From assembly GCF_000142905.1 (NCBI RefSeq), contig NW_013657679.1, positions 510,114 to 573,547 of the forward strand: a DNA stretch of 63,434 nt. Reading direction: 5' to 3'. Under the pieces are notes generated by a model that was given only the letters and a program-made list of their open reading frames with translations, was not told the DNA's origin and ran no database searches. Numbering within the stretch: the first letter of the stretch is position 1; each line of letters opens with the position of its first letter. This document shows positions 54,267-63,434 of this stretch, piece by piece. The translations under genes were made by a program, and so were the position numbers. This DNA comes from Thecamonas trahens ATCC 50062. Taxonomy: Eukaryota > Protista > Apusomonadida.

Positions 54267-55337
54267 ATGTCGCGTGACTCGGTGTTCTCTCTGACAGAGG
54301 TGGCCGATGTGGGCGAAGGCGAGGGCAGGCCACTGCCACGGCCGTCGGTGTACACGGCGGCTCTGCTGAGGGAGGCGTTTATGGCGGCGGCGGCGAGCGG
54401 AGGCGACAAGGCCGGGTCTGACAACGGAGGCGCCGGCGGCGGAGGCGGAGGCGCTGGCGCTGGTGGGAGTGGCGGCGGTGGTGGCGTTGTTGGGACCGGG
54501 ATGGTGGCGGGGGCGGGAACGGCAGTGGCGGGGCCGGTGGAGACCAGCGATGGCAGAGCGGTTGCTCCGCCGCCGGACGGGAAGGGCGAGCTGCTTCTGC
54601 CGGTTCGCGACCTGCCGCTGGCGCTCAAGCTTGTCGGATACATGGACGCTGAGATCCGCGGCATCGTTGCTGCGTATCCGGAGCGGTTGGGAAGGCTGGC
54701 GGCAGATCTGACCAGCAAGGCGGAGTCGGGCGCCGGTGATGATGGCGGGCAGGCTGGCTTGGCAGCGAGTACGTTGTCTGTACCGGAGGCGTCCCCGCGG
54801 CGGCTGGTGGTTCCAGGCATGGGCGAGCTTCGCGACCTGAACAACTCGTGGATGCACTTGCTGGCGGAGCGGAAGCAGGCGCAGCGCGACGGCAGCGGGT
54901 CGCCACCGCTGATCAGCGGCCCACATAGCCCTCGAAGCCCACGGAGCCCGCAGAGTCCGCAGTCACCAGGCTCGCCAAGCTCGCCGCCGCATACAGCCCG
55001 GCAGCGAGGGAGGCGGTCGCGGGCGCCTTCGATCAGCGTCGACAATCCGCTGACCTTTGCCGAGTTTTGCCAGTTTGCCTCGGGCTCAATCGCGCCATCT
55101 CTCTCGTCCGACTCTGTTCTGGAAGCCTTCCGGGTCTTCTCGTCGGCGACGCAAGAGGCCGGGCTTGTCCGCAAGCGCGAGCTGAAGAAGCATCTTGTGC
55201 ACCGGCTCGCGGGCACGTTTTCGGCCGCCGAAATCGAGGAGGTCCTCTCGGAGTTTTGCCCAAACGCTTCTGACTATTTTGACTACGAGGCCTTTACGAC
55301 CGCGCTCTTTGATGCCGATCCGTATCCGACGAGCTGA
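54267..55337 (+). CDS. Divergent EF-hand (calmodulin/myosin light chain-like) protein
   Basis: LTFAEFCQF, VLEAFRVFS...AGLVRKRELKKHL...FSAAEIEEVL...FDYEAF; N-terminal LLREAF/DLPLALKLVG lobe split by low-complexity inserts. Confidence 0.75.
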   Translation: MSRDSVFSLTEVADVGEGEGRPLPRPSVYTAALLREAFMAAAASGGDKAGSDNGGAGGGGGGAGAGGSGGGGGVVGTGMVAGAGTAVAGPVETSDGRAVAPPPDGKGELLLPVRDLPLALKLVGYMDAEIRGIVAAYPERLGRLAADLTSKAESGAGDDGGQAGLAASTLSVPEASPRRLVVPGMGELRDLNNSWMHLLAERKQAQRDGSGSPPLISGPHSPRSPRSPQSPQSPGSPSSPPHTARQRGRRSRAPSISVDNPLTFAEFCQFASGSIAPSLSSDSVLEAFRVFSSATQEAGLVRKRELKKHLVHRLAGTFSAAEIEEVLSEFCPNASDYFDYEAFTTALFDADPYPTS

Positions 55338-55903
55338 CGGACCGGGCGCGGCGTGGTCTGCCTTGAACGCACGCGCACATGAGTGCGGCTGATGGGATGG
55401 AGCGTAGAAGCGTCCTGCCTCGTGGACCAGTAGCCACCCAGCCCAGGCCGTGGCCCGTCCCGGGTGCCAGCCAATTAATTGCCATGCGTCGTACGTGTGC
55501 CGAGTGACGCAAAAAGACAGGTTTCTGCCACATTTCCAGGGAGAGGGCATGGCAGGGCAGGGCAGGGCATGGCAGGGCAGGGCAGTGGTATCCGGGTAAT
55601 AGGGTGACTATTTTGACTACGAGGCCTTTACGACCGCGCTCTTTGATGCCGATCCGTATCCGACGAGCTGACGGACCGGGCGCGGCGTGGTCTGCCTTGA
55701 ACGCACGCGCACATGAGTGCGGCTGATGGGATGGAGCGTAGAAGCGTCCTGCCTCGTGGACCAGTAGCCACCCAGCCCAGGCCGTGGCCCGTCCCGGGTG
55801 CCAGCCAATTAATTGCCATGCGTCGTACGTGTGCCGAGTGACGCAAAAAGACAGGTTTCTGCCACATTTCCAGGGAGAGGGCATGGCAGGGCAGGGCAGG
55901 GCA
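55271..55903. repeat. About 300-bp near-perfect tandem duplication (copies start at 55271 and 55605)
   Basis: TGACTATTTTGACTACGAGG...GAGAGGGCATGGCAGGGCAG appears twice at a 334-bp offset, each copy ending in a (GGCAG)n array. Confidence 0.95.
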
Positions 55904-55935
55904 GGGCAGGGCAGGGCAGGGCAGGGCAGGGCAGG
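55885..55935. repeat. (GGCAG)n pentamer tandem repeat
   Basis: About 10 consecutive GGCAG units; a shorter array lies at about 55551-55585. Confidence 0.9.
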
Positions 55936-55973
55936 GTGGAGTAGACTCGACTCCCGTGGACAGACAGGCAAGG

Positions 55974-58900
55974 ATGTCACGGAGTGGACGGCTAAGTGCG
56001 GTCCCGACCAAGGTTGCGGCTGTGGCACCGTTTGGAGTGGCGGTGGAGGCTGTCCCCGCTCGCCTGCTGGAGGGCAGGACGGGGGTGGCCATGGTGGTCC
56101 ACGAGGCGCTGACGGCTCTTGCCGGCGCAGACATGTCCAACTCGGACGCCTTTGACTGTGTCGGCTCCCGCCTCACCGCTCTGCGTACAAAGTTGTTTAC
56201 AGATCCTCCGCCGCATGGACTAGTCTCGTTGCGCATGCTGCCGCGTACGTGGTGGGGGGAAGAGGGAGCAAGGGAGGGGAGGGGAGCGGCCAGCGACTTC
56301 TGACTCACGGCGAGCGAATGGGCGGGGGCGATGGGGGTGACAGACACGGCTGGGCCTGCGCAGCTCATGGGGGTAGTGCGAGTGTATATGGACGAGTTGC
56401 CGCTGCCGCTGGTGCCTGCTGAGCACTATGAGCTGGTGATGAAGCTGTGCGAAGAGCCTGCGTCGCCGCTGCGGACGGTCAAGCTGCGGACGGTGCTGGC
56501 GACGATCATGTCGTGGCAGGGCCGGCAGCTTCTCAAGGCGGTGGCCCAGGTGCTAGCACATGTGTGGCAGCAGTCGCGGGCGGTGACAGCCAAGGCAATG
56601 ATGGACGCGCTCGGCTGGGGCCTCATCCGGCCGTCGGCAGAGGCGACACGCGACCAGGTCCGGCGGAACAGGCGCGGGCGAAGCTTTGTTCGCACCCTCA
56701 TCGACGAGTATGTCCACGATCCGACGGTCTTTGCGCCACTCGACGCCGATCCAGTCTCGCCGTATGTGGCGCTGGCGGTGGTGAGCGCAGGCAATGCGCT
56801 CGAGCTCGGCACGCCGCTGCTTGTGGTAGGGACACCGGGCCAGCTCGCGGCGCGCGAGATCGAGGGCGAGGTCCGCGGCGAGGACGCTGCCGGCGACATT
56901 CACATGGTGGCCAAGTCCGACGTAACGCTTGCGTGGGAGTCGCACCAGCCAAAGGTTGTTGCCGAGGCCGCGGCGCTTGCAGCCGAGGCGATGCAGCAGC
57001 AGCAGCGGGCGCGGGCGGCGTCGCGCTCCAAGCGCGAGTCGATTTCGCGGCGCAGGTCACAGCGGCGCTCGGTTCGGCTCTCGGGCCTTCCCACCGGGCG
57101 GAGCAGCGAGGGTGGCGGCAGGTCGGCCAAGTCGTCGCCGCGGCGGCGGAAGAAGAAGAAGCTCGGCATAGAGGTGACGGCTGTGCCTATGGACGACATG
57201 TTTCTGGTAGACAAGAGTGTAATGGACAAGCTCTCGCTCAAGCTGGAGAACGAGACCATGCTTCGCGAGGCGCTCGAGGTGCGCGTCAAGGAGCTTGAAG
57301 AGCAGGTCGGCAAGTACGCCGACGTCATCGAGCTGCTCTCGGACCGGCTGACGGTGCTGGAGGACGGCCCGCTTGTGGGCTCGTCGTCGTCGCCGTCGCT
57401 CGACGACTCGGGCTCTGTCCTCGACCTTCCTCCGGTCTTTATCTCGTCGGCCGACAGCGGTGGCGGCGGCTCTGCGCTGCTGGTGTACTACAACGACGCA
57501 CCGCACACGCTCGCGGTCTCCGAGTCGGACACGGCCGGCGATGTGGTGGCGCGGTTTGTGGCTCAGCACTCGCTCCCGGGCGATGCAGCGCAGTACCGGC
57601 TGTACCAGCGCGAGGTCGACGGCGAGGTCGAGGCGCATTTGCGCAACTTTGAGGTCCCGCTCCGGCTAGTGCAAGAGTGGGAGAATACCGGGCGTGACCG
57701 GGTGCTCCAGCTCGCGGCCATCGACGAGCTTGAACGGTCCGAGTTCAACACCTCGTCGGCGGTGGTCCGACTTGGCGACGATGGCAATGCAGTGCTGTCG
57801 CCGGCGGTGAAGCGTGGGCGTGCGTCGTCGATTTCGGCGGGAGCGTCGAAAAACGCCAAGCGGCGGTCGATTGCGGAGCGCAAGCGCGAGGCCGAGGCGC
57901 TGAAGGAGGTGGCGCGGAGTGGACCGCGGCCAGGAGTCAAGGTCTCGATGGACGACTTTGACCTCATCAAGGTCCTGGGCAAAGGCACGTTTGGCAAGGT
58001 CTTCCTCGTCCGCAAAAAGGGTAGCGAGACGGTGTACGCCATGAAGTCGATTTCCAAGGGACTCATCATCAAGCAGAAGCAAGTGGCCAACACCATTGCG
58101 GAACGGCATGTGCTGCAACGGACGGATCACCCGTTCCTCCTCCACCTGTACTACTCGTTCCAGACCAAGGACAAGCTCTACTTTGTCTTTGACTACGTTT
58201 CGGGCGGCGAGGTCTTCTTCCACCTCGACCGCGAAGTCAAGTTTGACGAGGCACGGGTCAAGTTCTACGCGGCGGAGTTGACGCTCGCGCTCGGCTATCT
58301 GCACTCGCTTAACATTGCGTACCGCGACCTCAAGCCGGAAAACGTGCTCATCAAGTCGTCTGGCCACATCTGCCTCGCCGACTTTGGCCTGTGCAAGGAG
58401 AACGTGACGTCGGATGACGAGCTGCTGGAGATGTGCGGGACGGAAGAGTACGTGGCGCCCGAGATGATTTTGCGGGTCGGCTACGGCATGCGGGCCGACT
58501 GGTGGGCGCTCGGCATCCTGGTCTACGAGATGCTTGTGGGCGAGCCGCCGTTCCAGCACGATGACCGGAAGGAAACGTTCCGGCTCATTCTCCACCACGA
58601 GCTGCCCCTGGACCCGACTCTGTTCTCGGAGCAAGCCGCGGCCTTTGTGGGCTCTCTCCTTGAGCGGTCACCCAACTACCGCCTCGGCGGCAAGGGTGGC
58701 GACGTTGACGAGGTCACTGCTCACCCGTGGTACGCCGACATCGACTTTGACGCGCTGCTCCGACTCGAGGTGAGCCCGCCGTGGGTGCCCAACGTTGCCG
58801 GCGACGACGACACCTCGATGTTCGACGAGGAGTTTACTTCGATGCGGGTCTCGGACTCGCCACCGCTGCAGGCGCATTTGCTGGCGGGTGTCATGGATCC

Positions 58901-58985
58901 GTTCATGCGGCGGGCGTCGTTCGACTACTCGGCCGGGCGGACGCCACCGATTCCGCGCGGGAACTCGCCGCTGGGCAAGTCGTGA
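55974..58985 (+). CDS. AGC-family Ser/Thr kinase (Akt/SGK/S6K-like) with N-terminal degenerate RhoGAP-like, coiled-coil and RA/ubiquitin-like regions (2 exons: 55974-56244, 56344-58985)
   Basis: FDLIKVLGKGTFGKV, YAMK, YRDLKPEN, DFGLCKE, APE, DWWALG and AGC C-tail FDEEFT. Intron 56245-56343 (GTACGT...GACTCAC...CAG), phase 1. Confidence 0.92.
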
Positions 58986-58987
58986 GC

Positions 58988-61363
58988 TTAGAACGCCATG
59001 TATTCGCCCGACGAAGAAGCCGAAGAGCCGTCATCCAAGCCCGGCCCGTCGTCAGAGCCAGCCGGCGGGCGCGGGGTGATGTGCGGCGAGCCGGACGAGT
59101 TTGACGAGTGCTGGCCGTCGAGTGCGGCCGGCTCGGCAGGCGCAAGCGCCGGGACCGAGTCGGAGGCGAGTCCGAGCGAGGCGTCGAAGGCAGTCACGTC
59201 CGAGACTGCTGCGCCCGGCGACGGAAGGGTTCCGGAGCCGCGGCGACGGGTGAGGGTACCGGCCCGGTCGCGGCGGAGCTGGAGTACCACCTCATGGTAG
59301 TAGAGGCTTGCGTCGGGCGATGCAGGAGGAGAGCCGGAGAGCAGGTCCGAGACGCAGACGGAGCCAAACTGTGGGTGTCGGAAGGGCCACGGCAGGAGGG
59401 CCTTAAAGGCGTCGGTGACAAGGACAGAGTTGGGCGGGGCGAGGGTGAGGAGGCGGGCGGCGTGGTCGACGGCGGCACCAAAGGCGGTGTAGCGCTTGGC
59501 GGGACCAAAGGCGCCGGCGACGACGAGGTCGTGGTGGAGGGCAAAAGCCAGCTCGGTCGGCCGCCCGCCCGTTGACGCCAGCAGCGGCGCCAGCTTGGGA
59601 TGGGTGCCCAGCGAGGCGGCAAAGTCGCGGACGAGGAGCGCGGCAGTGAGGGCGCCCGAGGCCGATAGAGTCGGCGATGCGCGGAAGAATGGCGGGCCCC
59701 AGACGGCGACCAGATCGCCGGAGCCGACAGTGGCAACCACGCCGCCAGTTGCCCAAATAATGTCTGACACGCCCGAAGTCCAGACGTCCACAAAGGTGGC
59801 AAGCGCGTCGGGAGTGGCCAGAAGCGTCGACGAGAGCGAGGAGGCGTTGGCGAGGGCGCAGGTGAGGACGGCGACCTTGGCTTCTTGCGGCGCAAGGAGC
59901 GAGGCACGCTCGGGTGCAGTGAGGAGCTCGCGAACGATGTCGACGGAGAACCAGGTGGAGAGGCGGTTCCACTCGCCGGAGCTGTTGACGATGCGGGTGG
60001 AGATGGCGTCGACGTAGCGGTCAAGCACCTCGAGATCAAAGGTGCCAAACTCATCGCCAGAGACCTTGGAGGCGATGCAGAGGCCGACATACGCCGAGCC
60101 CTCCCCGCACACCGGCTGGGCCTCGTACGAGTGCGAAAAGGCGGATCGGAACTTGGCGAGCACCGGCTCGACGTCAAAGCGGGCGAGCGACTCGAGGTGC
60201 GACATGAAAAAGTCGTGGACCGAGTACTCGACCGGCGAGATAGCGGCCTCGGGCTGCGACGCGCCCGGCTCGAGCGTCCGCGAGTCATGGACGAGCGAGC
60301 CGGAGAGGATGACTTTGTAGTGGAGCGTGTTGAGCGAGTCGCCCTGAAAGGTAAAGGCTAGGACCATGTTGGCGATGGGGACGGCGGCGAGGAGGATGTC
60401 GGTGGCGGCCTGCAGGCCGTCGGAGAGGACCGGGAGCTTGAGAGCGTCGGACATTGACTTGGAGACCATGTGCTTGCGGCGGAGCGTGGCGATGGACGCC
60501 AGGTGGTTGTCGAGCTCCTCGACCCAAATGCGGAGCAGGGCCTTGGCCTGCAGGATCTCGGCCTCGACGAGCGCGGCCGAGAAAGAGAAGGCGACCATGC
60601 CAAACGACTCGCCGGCGACGTCGATGACCTGGCCAAGGAGGGTGAGCGGCGTGCCGGTCGGCGTCTCGCCGCGGTCGACGTACAGTTCGCCGTCGCCGAG
60701 GCGCATGGTGGCGGCGTAGACATCGGCGACCGGGACCGGCCACCAGACCGAGACGTCGGCAACCTCGGGATCGATGGGGATGCACGCTTCGGGATCAAAG
60801 CGGCCGTGTGGCGGGGTGGCGGTCGCGCCGGGAGCCGAGTACACAAAGGAAAACGAGGAGAGGACCAGCTGCTCGTTGTAGGTCCGCAGGTGCGCGGCCG
60901 AGGCGCCGAGATAGTGGCAGGCGAGACCGACCACGGTCCGAAGAATGTGGCGCAGCGGCATGCGCTTGTTGATGGCCTCCTCGATGGCGCGATCGGTGAG
61001 CTCGTTGAGCTGGACCAGGCGGACCATAAACTCGAGCTCGGCCTCGAGCTGACTCGCCCGGTCAACAGGGGTGAGGCTGGGCGAGGAGGGTGAGGTGGGC
61101 GAGGTGGGTGTGTTGAGGGTGGCATTCCGGAGCGAGGGCAGAGCCGCAACCACAACTTCAGACACCGATCCCCCTGCGGCCTCGTCCTTCCCGCCGTCGT
61201 CGCCATCAACCAGTGGCTCGGCTTCAATCCGCGGCGAGTCGGCTGGCGAGTGGCGCGACTTGCGCTCGCGGTCGTTGGCCCGGACGGGTAGCGGCGGGAG
61301 GATGGGCGCCAGGGACTCGCCCGAGCTGCCTGGTGCCGTCTGTGTGGACTGACGACAGCCCAT
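58988..61363 (-). CDS. Class III adenylate/guanylate cyclase-like protein, catalytically degenerate; N-terminal MGC acylation-like motif
   Basis: IIWATGGVV...AVWGPPF, FALHHDLVVAGAFG, YTAFGAAVDHAARL, NSVLVT align with the cyclase homology domain. Start MGCRQS at 61363. Confidence 0.75.
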   Translation of the reverse strand: MGCRQSTQTAPGSSGESLAPILPPLPVRANDRERKSRHSPADSPRIEAEPLVDGDDGGKDEAAGGSVSEVVVAALPSLRNATLNTPTSPTSPSSPSLTPVDRASQLEAELEFMVRLVQLNELTDRAIEEAINKRMPLRHILRTVVGLACHYLGASAAHLRTYNEQLVLSSFSFVYSAPGATATPPHGRFDPEACIPIDPEVADVSVWWPVPVADVYAATMRLGDGELYVDRGETPTGTPLTLLGQVIDVAGESFGMVAFSFSAALVEAEILQAKALLRIWVEELDNHLASIATLRRKHMVSKSMSDALKLPVLSDGLQAATDILLAAVPIANMVLAFTFQGDSLNTLHYKVILSGSLVHDSRTLEPGASQPEAAISPVEYSVHDFFMSHLESLARFDVEPVLAKFRSAFSHSYEAQPVCGEGSAYVGLCIASKVSGDEFGTFDLEVLDRYVDAISTRIVNSSGEWNRLSTWFSVDIVRELLTAPERASLLAPQEAKVAVLTCALANASSLSSTLLATPDALATFVDVWTSGVSDIIWATGGVVATVGSGDLVAVWGPPFFRASPTLSASGALTAALLVRDFAASLGTHPKLAPLLASTGGRPTELAFALHHDLVVAGAFGPAKRYTAFGAAVDHAARLLTLAPPNSVLVTDAFKALLPWPFRHPQFGSVCVSDLLSGSPPASPDASLYYHEVVLQLRRDRAGTLTRRRGSGTLPSPGAAVSDVTAFDASLGLASDSVPALAPAEPAALDGQHSSNSSGSPHITPRPPAGSDDGPGLDDGSSASSSGEYMAF

Positions 61364-61766
61364 GTGTGTGTGAGGGGAAAGTGAATGTGTGGTGGTGGTG
61401 TGTGCGGTGGTGGGGTGGTGGTGGGGTGGTGGTGGGGTGGCGGCGTCGACAGGTCGGTGATCGCCACGGGACGGGCGCACGGCCAGAGCCAAGTCCGACT
61501 GATGGATGGATGGATGGAGGGATGGATGCAAGGATGGTGGCCGGGACTGGGTGGGATGAGGAAGCGGAACGGAGTGGGCGCACGGAGGTACATGGTACAT
61601 GGTTGCTGGATCAAGTGGTCTCCGGCGCACCATCGGTTGCGCACCCCGAGTCGCAGCACGGGTTGCAGCACGGGTTGCAGCAGATGCGGCCCGAGACTCC
61701 AGGCGGCAGCTGCGGGCTCAAGCCACTCGTCGACAGTTAGGGCGAGGCGGCGAGAAGAGGCAGGAC

Positions 61767-63194
61767 ATGCTCGAGTCGCTCCCGACCGAGCTGGTGCTGC
61801 TGGTGCTGGAGTGGTGCGGACCGGTCGAGGTGGCGCGGGTAGGACGGACGTGCTCGCGGCTGCGGGCCATTGCCCGCGATGCGCTGCTGTGGGGCCGGAT
61901 CCTGCAGGGCATGATTCCGCGAGCGACCGGGGTGGCGGTGGATGCCGAGCTGGGCCCGCTCGACGAGCTGTGTGGCAGCATGGTGCGTGCGCGGCGACGG
62001 GCGTGGTACTACGGTATGCTGCGGTCAGGAGGGCGCAAGCCGGCCATGTATGCGGACGAGATCGACGACGACGACGAGGTGCTGCGGCTGGCGGACGCGC
62101 ACACCAACGTGGTGGGAACGGCACGGCTTGGCTCCATCAGCCACGTTGAGGTGGTGGGTCGACAGGTGGTGCTCGGCGCCGAGGCGGTCCATGTGGCCGA
62201 TCTGGACACGGGCAAGTGCCGCAAGGTCGGTGCGCACTTTTCCGAGATGAACTCGATGGCGCTGTGGGGCGACGAGGGTGTGGTGTCGGCCGGCGCCGAT
62301 GGGCGAGTCTGCTTTACTGTTCTCGGGAGCGATGACGGGCCAAGCCACGGCTGGTCGGCGGCGTGCAGTGACGACTGGCTCCGGCGGGTTGTGCCTGTGG
62401 GTGGGAGGGCGGTGGCGTCGTCGCGGGCCAAGGAGCTGTTTGTACTTGACGCCGAGACTGGGGCGGTGACGGATGCCACAGCACAGCTGGATTCGATGGC
62501 ATGGACACTCGCCGAGTTTGAGCCGCAGACCGTGGCGTGTGGCTCGGCGGACGGCACAGTTGCAGTGTGGGATCTGCGGGCGTCCCTGGCTCAAGGCCCA
62601 GCGGCGGTGGCCAAGGTCTGCTCCGACATGGTCTCGTGCCTTGTGGAGATGGAGAACGGGTGCGTGGTGGCGGGCGGCTTTGACGGCAGCCTCGTGACGC
62701 TCGATCCACGGGCACTGACAGCCGGGCCGTGTGCGGTGCTGCGGTCGCACTCGGCGCGTGTGCTGCAAGTAGAGGCGTATGCAGGAGGAGTTATCTCGTG
62801 CGCAGCCGATTGCAGCCTGCTGCGATGGGACGGTGAGAGCACGAGGCCGAGCGTGGGATTTGAGACTCCTGGGGCGCGCGGGTGGCAGGCTGACGACGGA
62901 GACGAGGGCGTGGGCGCGGCGGCGATGGCGTCCTCGCGCCCGCTGTTTGCACAGGCGTTTGCGGTAGCGGCGGACGCGGGTGTGGTGGTCGCCAACGCCG
63001 CCAACTCGCCGCAGGTCGGCGTGTACTCGGCGGCGACAGGCCACCTCCTGCACAAGGTTGGATCGCGCGGCCCGATGGCGCGGACCACGCTGCCAGCGGC
63101 CAACGACGACGTGCTGGTGACAGTGACGAGCATGTTTGTGGTGGCGTACGACGTGGCAGGCATGGTCGCCGAGTCGGTGCTTGGTGTGAAATGA
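61767..63194 (+). CDS. F-box/WD40 repeat protein
   Basis: F-box LESLPTELVLLVLEWC...VGRTCSRLRAIARDALLW; WD repeats VSAGADGRV, CGSADGTVAVWDLR, AGGFDGSL, SCAADCSLLRWD. Confidence 0.92.
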   Translation: MLESLPTELVLLVLEWCGPVEVARVGRTCSRLRAIARDALLWGRILQGMIPRATGVAVDAELGPLDELCGSMVRARRRAWYYGMLRSGGRKPAMYADEIDDDDEVLRLADAHTNVVGTARLGSISHVEVVGRQVVLGAEAVHVADLDTGKCRKVGAHFSEMNSMALWGDEGVVSAGADGRVCFTVLGSDDGPSHGWSAACSDDWLRRVVPVGGRAVASSRAKELFVLDAETGAVTDATAQLDSMAWTLAEFEPQTVACGSADGTVAVWDLRASLAQGPAAVAKVCSDMVSCLVEMENGCVVAGGFDGSLVTLDPRALTAGPCAVLRSHSARVLQVEAYAGGVISCAADCSLLRWDGESTRPSVGFETPGARGWQADDGDEGVGAAAMASSRPLFAQAFAVAADAGVVVANAANSPQVGVYSAATGHLLHKVGSRGPMARTTLPAANDDVLVTVTSMFVVAYDVAGMVAESVLGVK

Positions 63195-63263
63195 AAGCGC
63201 GTGCGCGCGTGTGTGTGTGTGTGTGTTTGGCGGTGATGAGGTGAGCGGAGCGAGCGCCTGTTT

Positions 63264-63434
63264 TCAGAAGGCTGTGCGCGCGTCGGTACCCCAGCTAGAG
63301 CCGTTGGCGGCGCTGGGCGAGGCCGACCGCTTTGGCGAAAGGGCCATGTACGCTGGAGTCTGCAGGGCCGACGGGATGCCGCCGCGCGGAGACTCGAGGA
63401 GAAAGACGGCCCCGAGGTTGAGCGGCTGGCGGCG
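63264..63434 (-). CDS. 3' end of an unidentified gene (partial)
   Basis: Open frame RRQPLNLGAVFLLESPRGG...DARTAF ends at TGA 63266-63264 and converges on the F-box gene. Confidence 0.5.
   Translation of the reverse strand, partial: RRQPLNLGAVFLLESPRGGIPSALQTPAYMALSPKRSASPSAANGSSWGTDARTAF

Noticed and set aside
55271-55935. Repeats as a possible CRISPR array or mobile element
   Set aside because: No repeat-spacer periodicity, cas genes, transposase, terminal inverted repeats or LTR structure; eukaryotic context.
42299-58985. Functional cluster of cytoskeleton/GTPase genes (Rab32, myosin, RhoGAP, light-chain-like, RhoGAP-kinase)
   Set aside because: These families are large in protists and orientations are mixed, so adjacency alone is not evidence of a co-regulated system.

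Overview
GC-rich, gene-dense, intron-poor eukaryotic nuclear DNA from a draft assembly with seven N-gaps. Composition, intron style and gene families suggest a unicellular protist, most like the apusomonad Thecamonas (inference, not verified). I can support about 31 protein-coding genes: E2F, ASH2L-like SPRY, RING/TRAF, Gfo/Idh/MocA oxidoreductase, Trm112, isochorismatase, COMMD7, an FG-GAP multi-TM protein, Akirin, a filamin-repeat/J-domain protein, DEP-DUF294-TPR, cyclin L-like, twin CX9C, Ras-like, an HACD fusion, SNIP1, GYF, CAP-Gly/LRR, a universal stress protein, ankyrin, Rab32/38, myosin VI-like, RhoGAP, a USP deubiquitinase, EF-hand, a RhoGAP-RA-AGC kinase, a degenerate class III cyclase, F-box/WD40, and a few hypotheticals. 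Ten spliceosomal introns were reconstructed by hand. I found no rRNA, tRNA, CRISPR array or recognisable transposon. Most interesting: (1) a very-long-chain 3-hydroxyacyl-CoA dehydratase fused to an uncharacterised Rossmann/SDR-like domain; (2) an AGC kinase with acidic residues at both regulatory phosphosites; (3) a stereotyped GTACGY donor / ACTCAC branch-site intron grammar; (4) a DEP plus degenerate nucleotidyltransferase plus TPR protein; (5) four same-direction frameshifts and one in-frame TAG, which are probably assembly errors but are testable. All domain calls come from motif recognition by eye; no searches were run.
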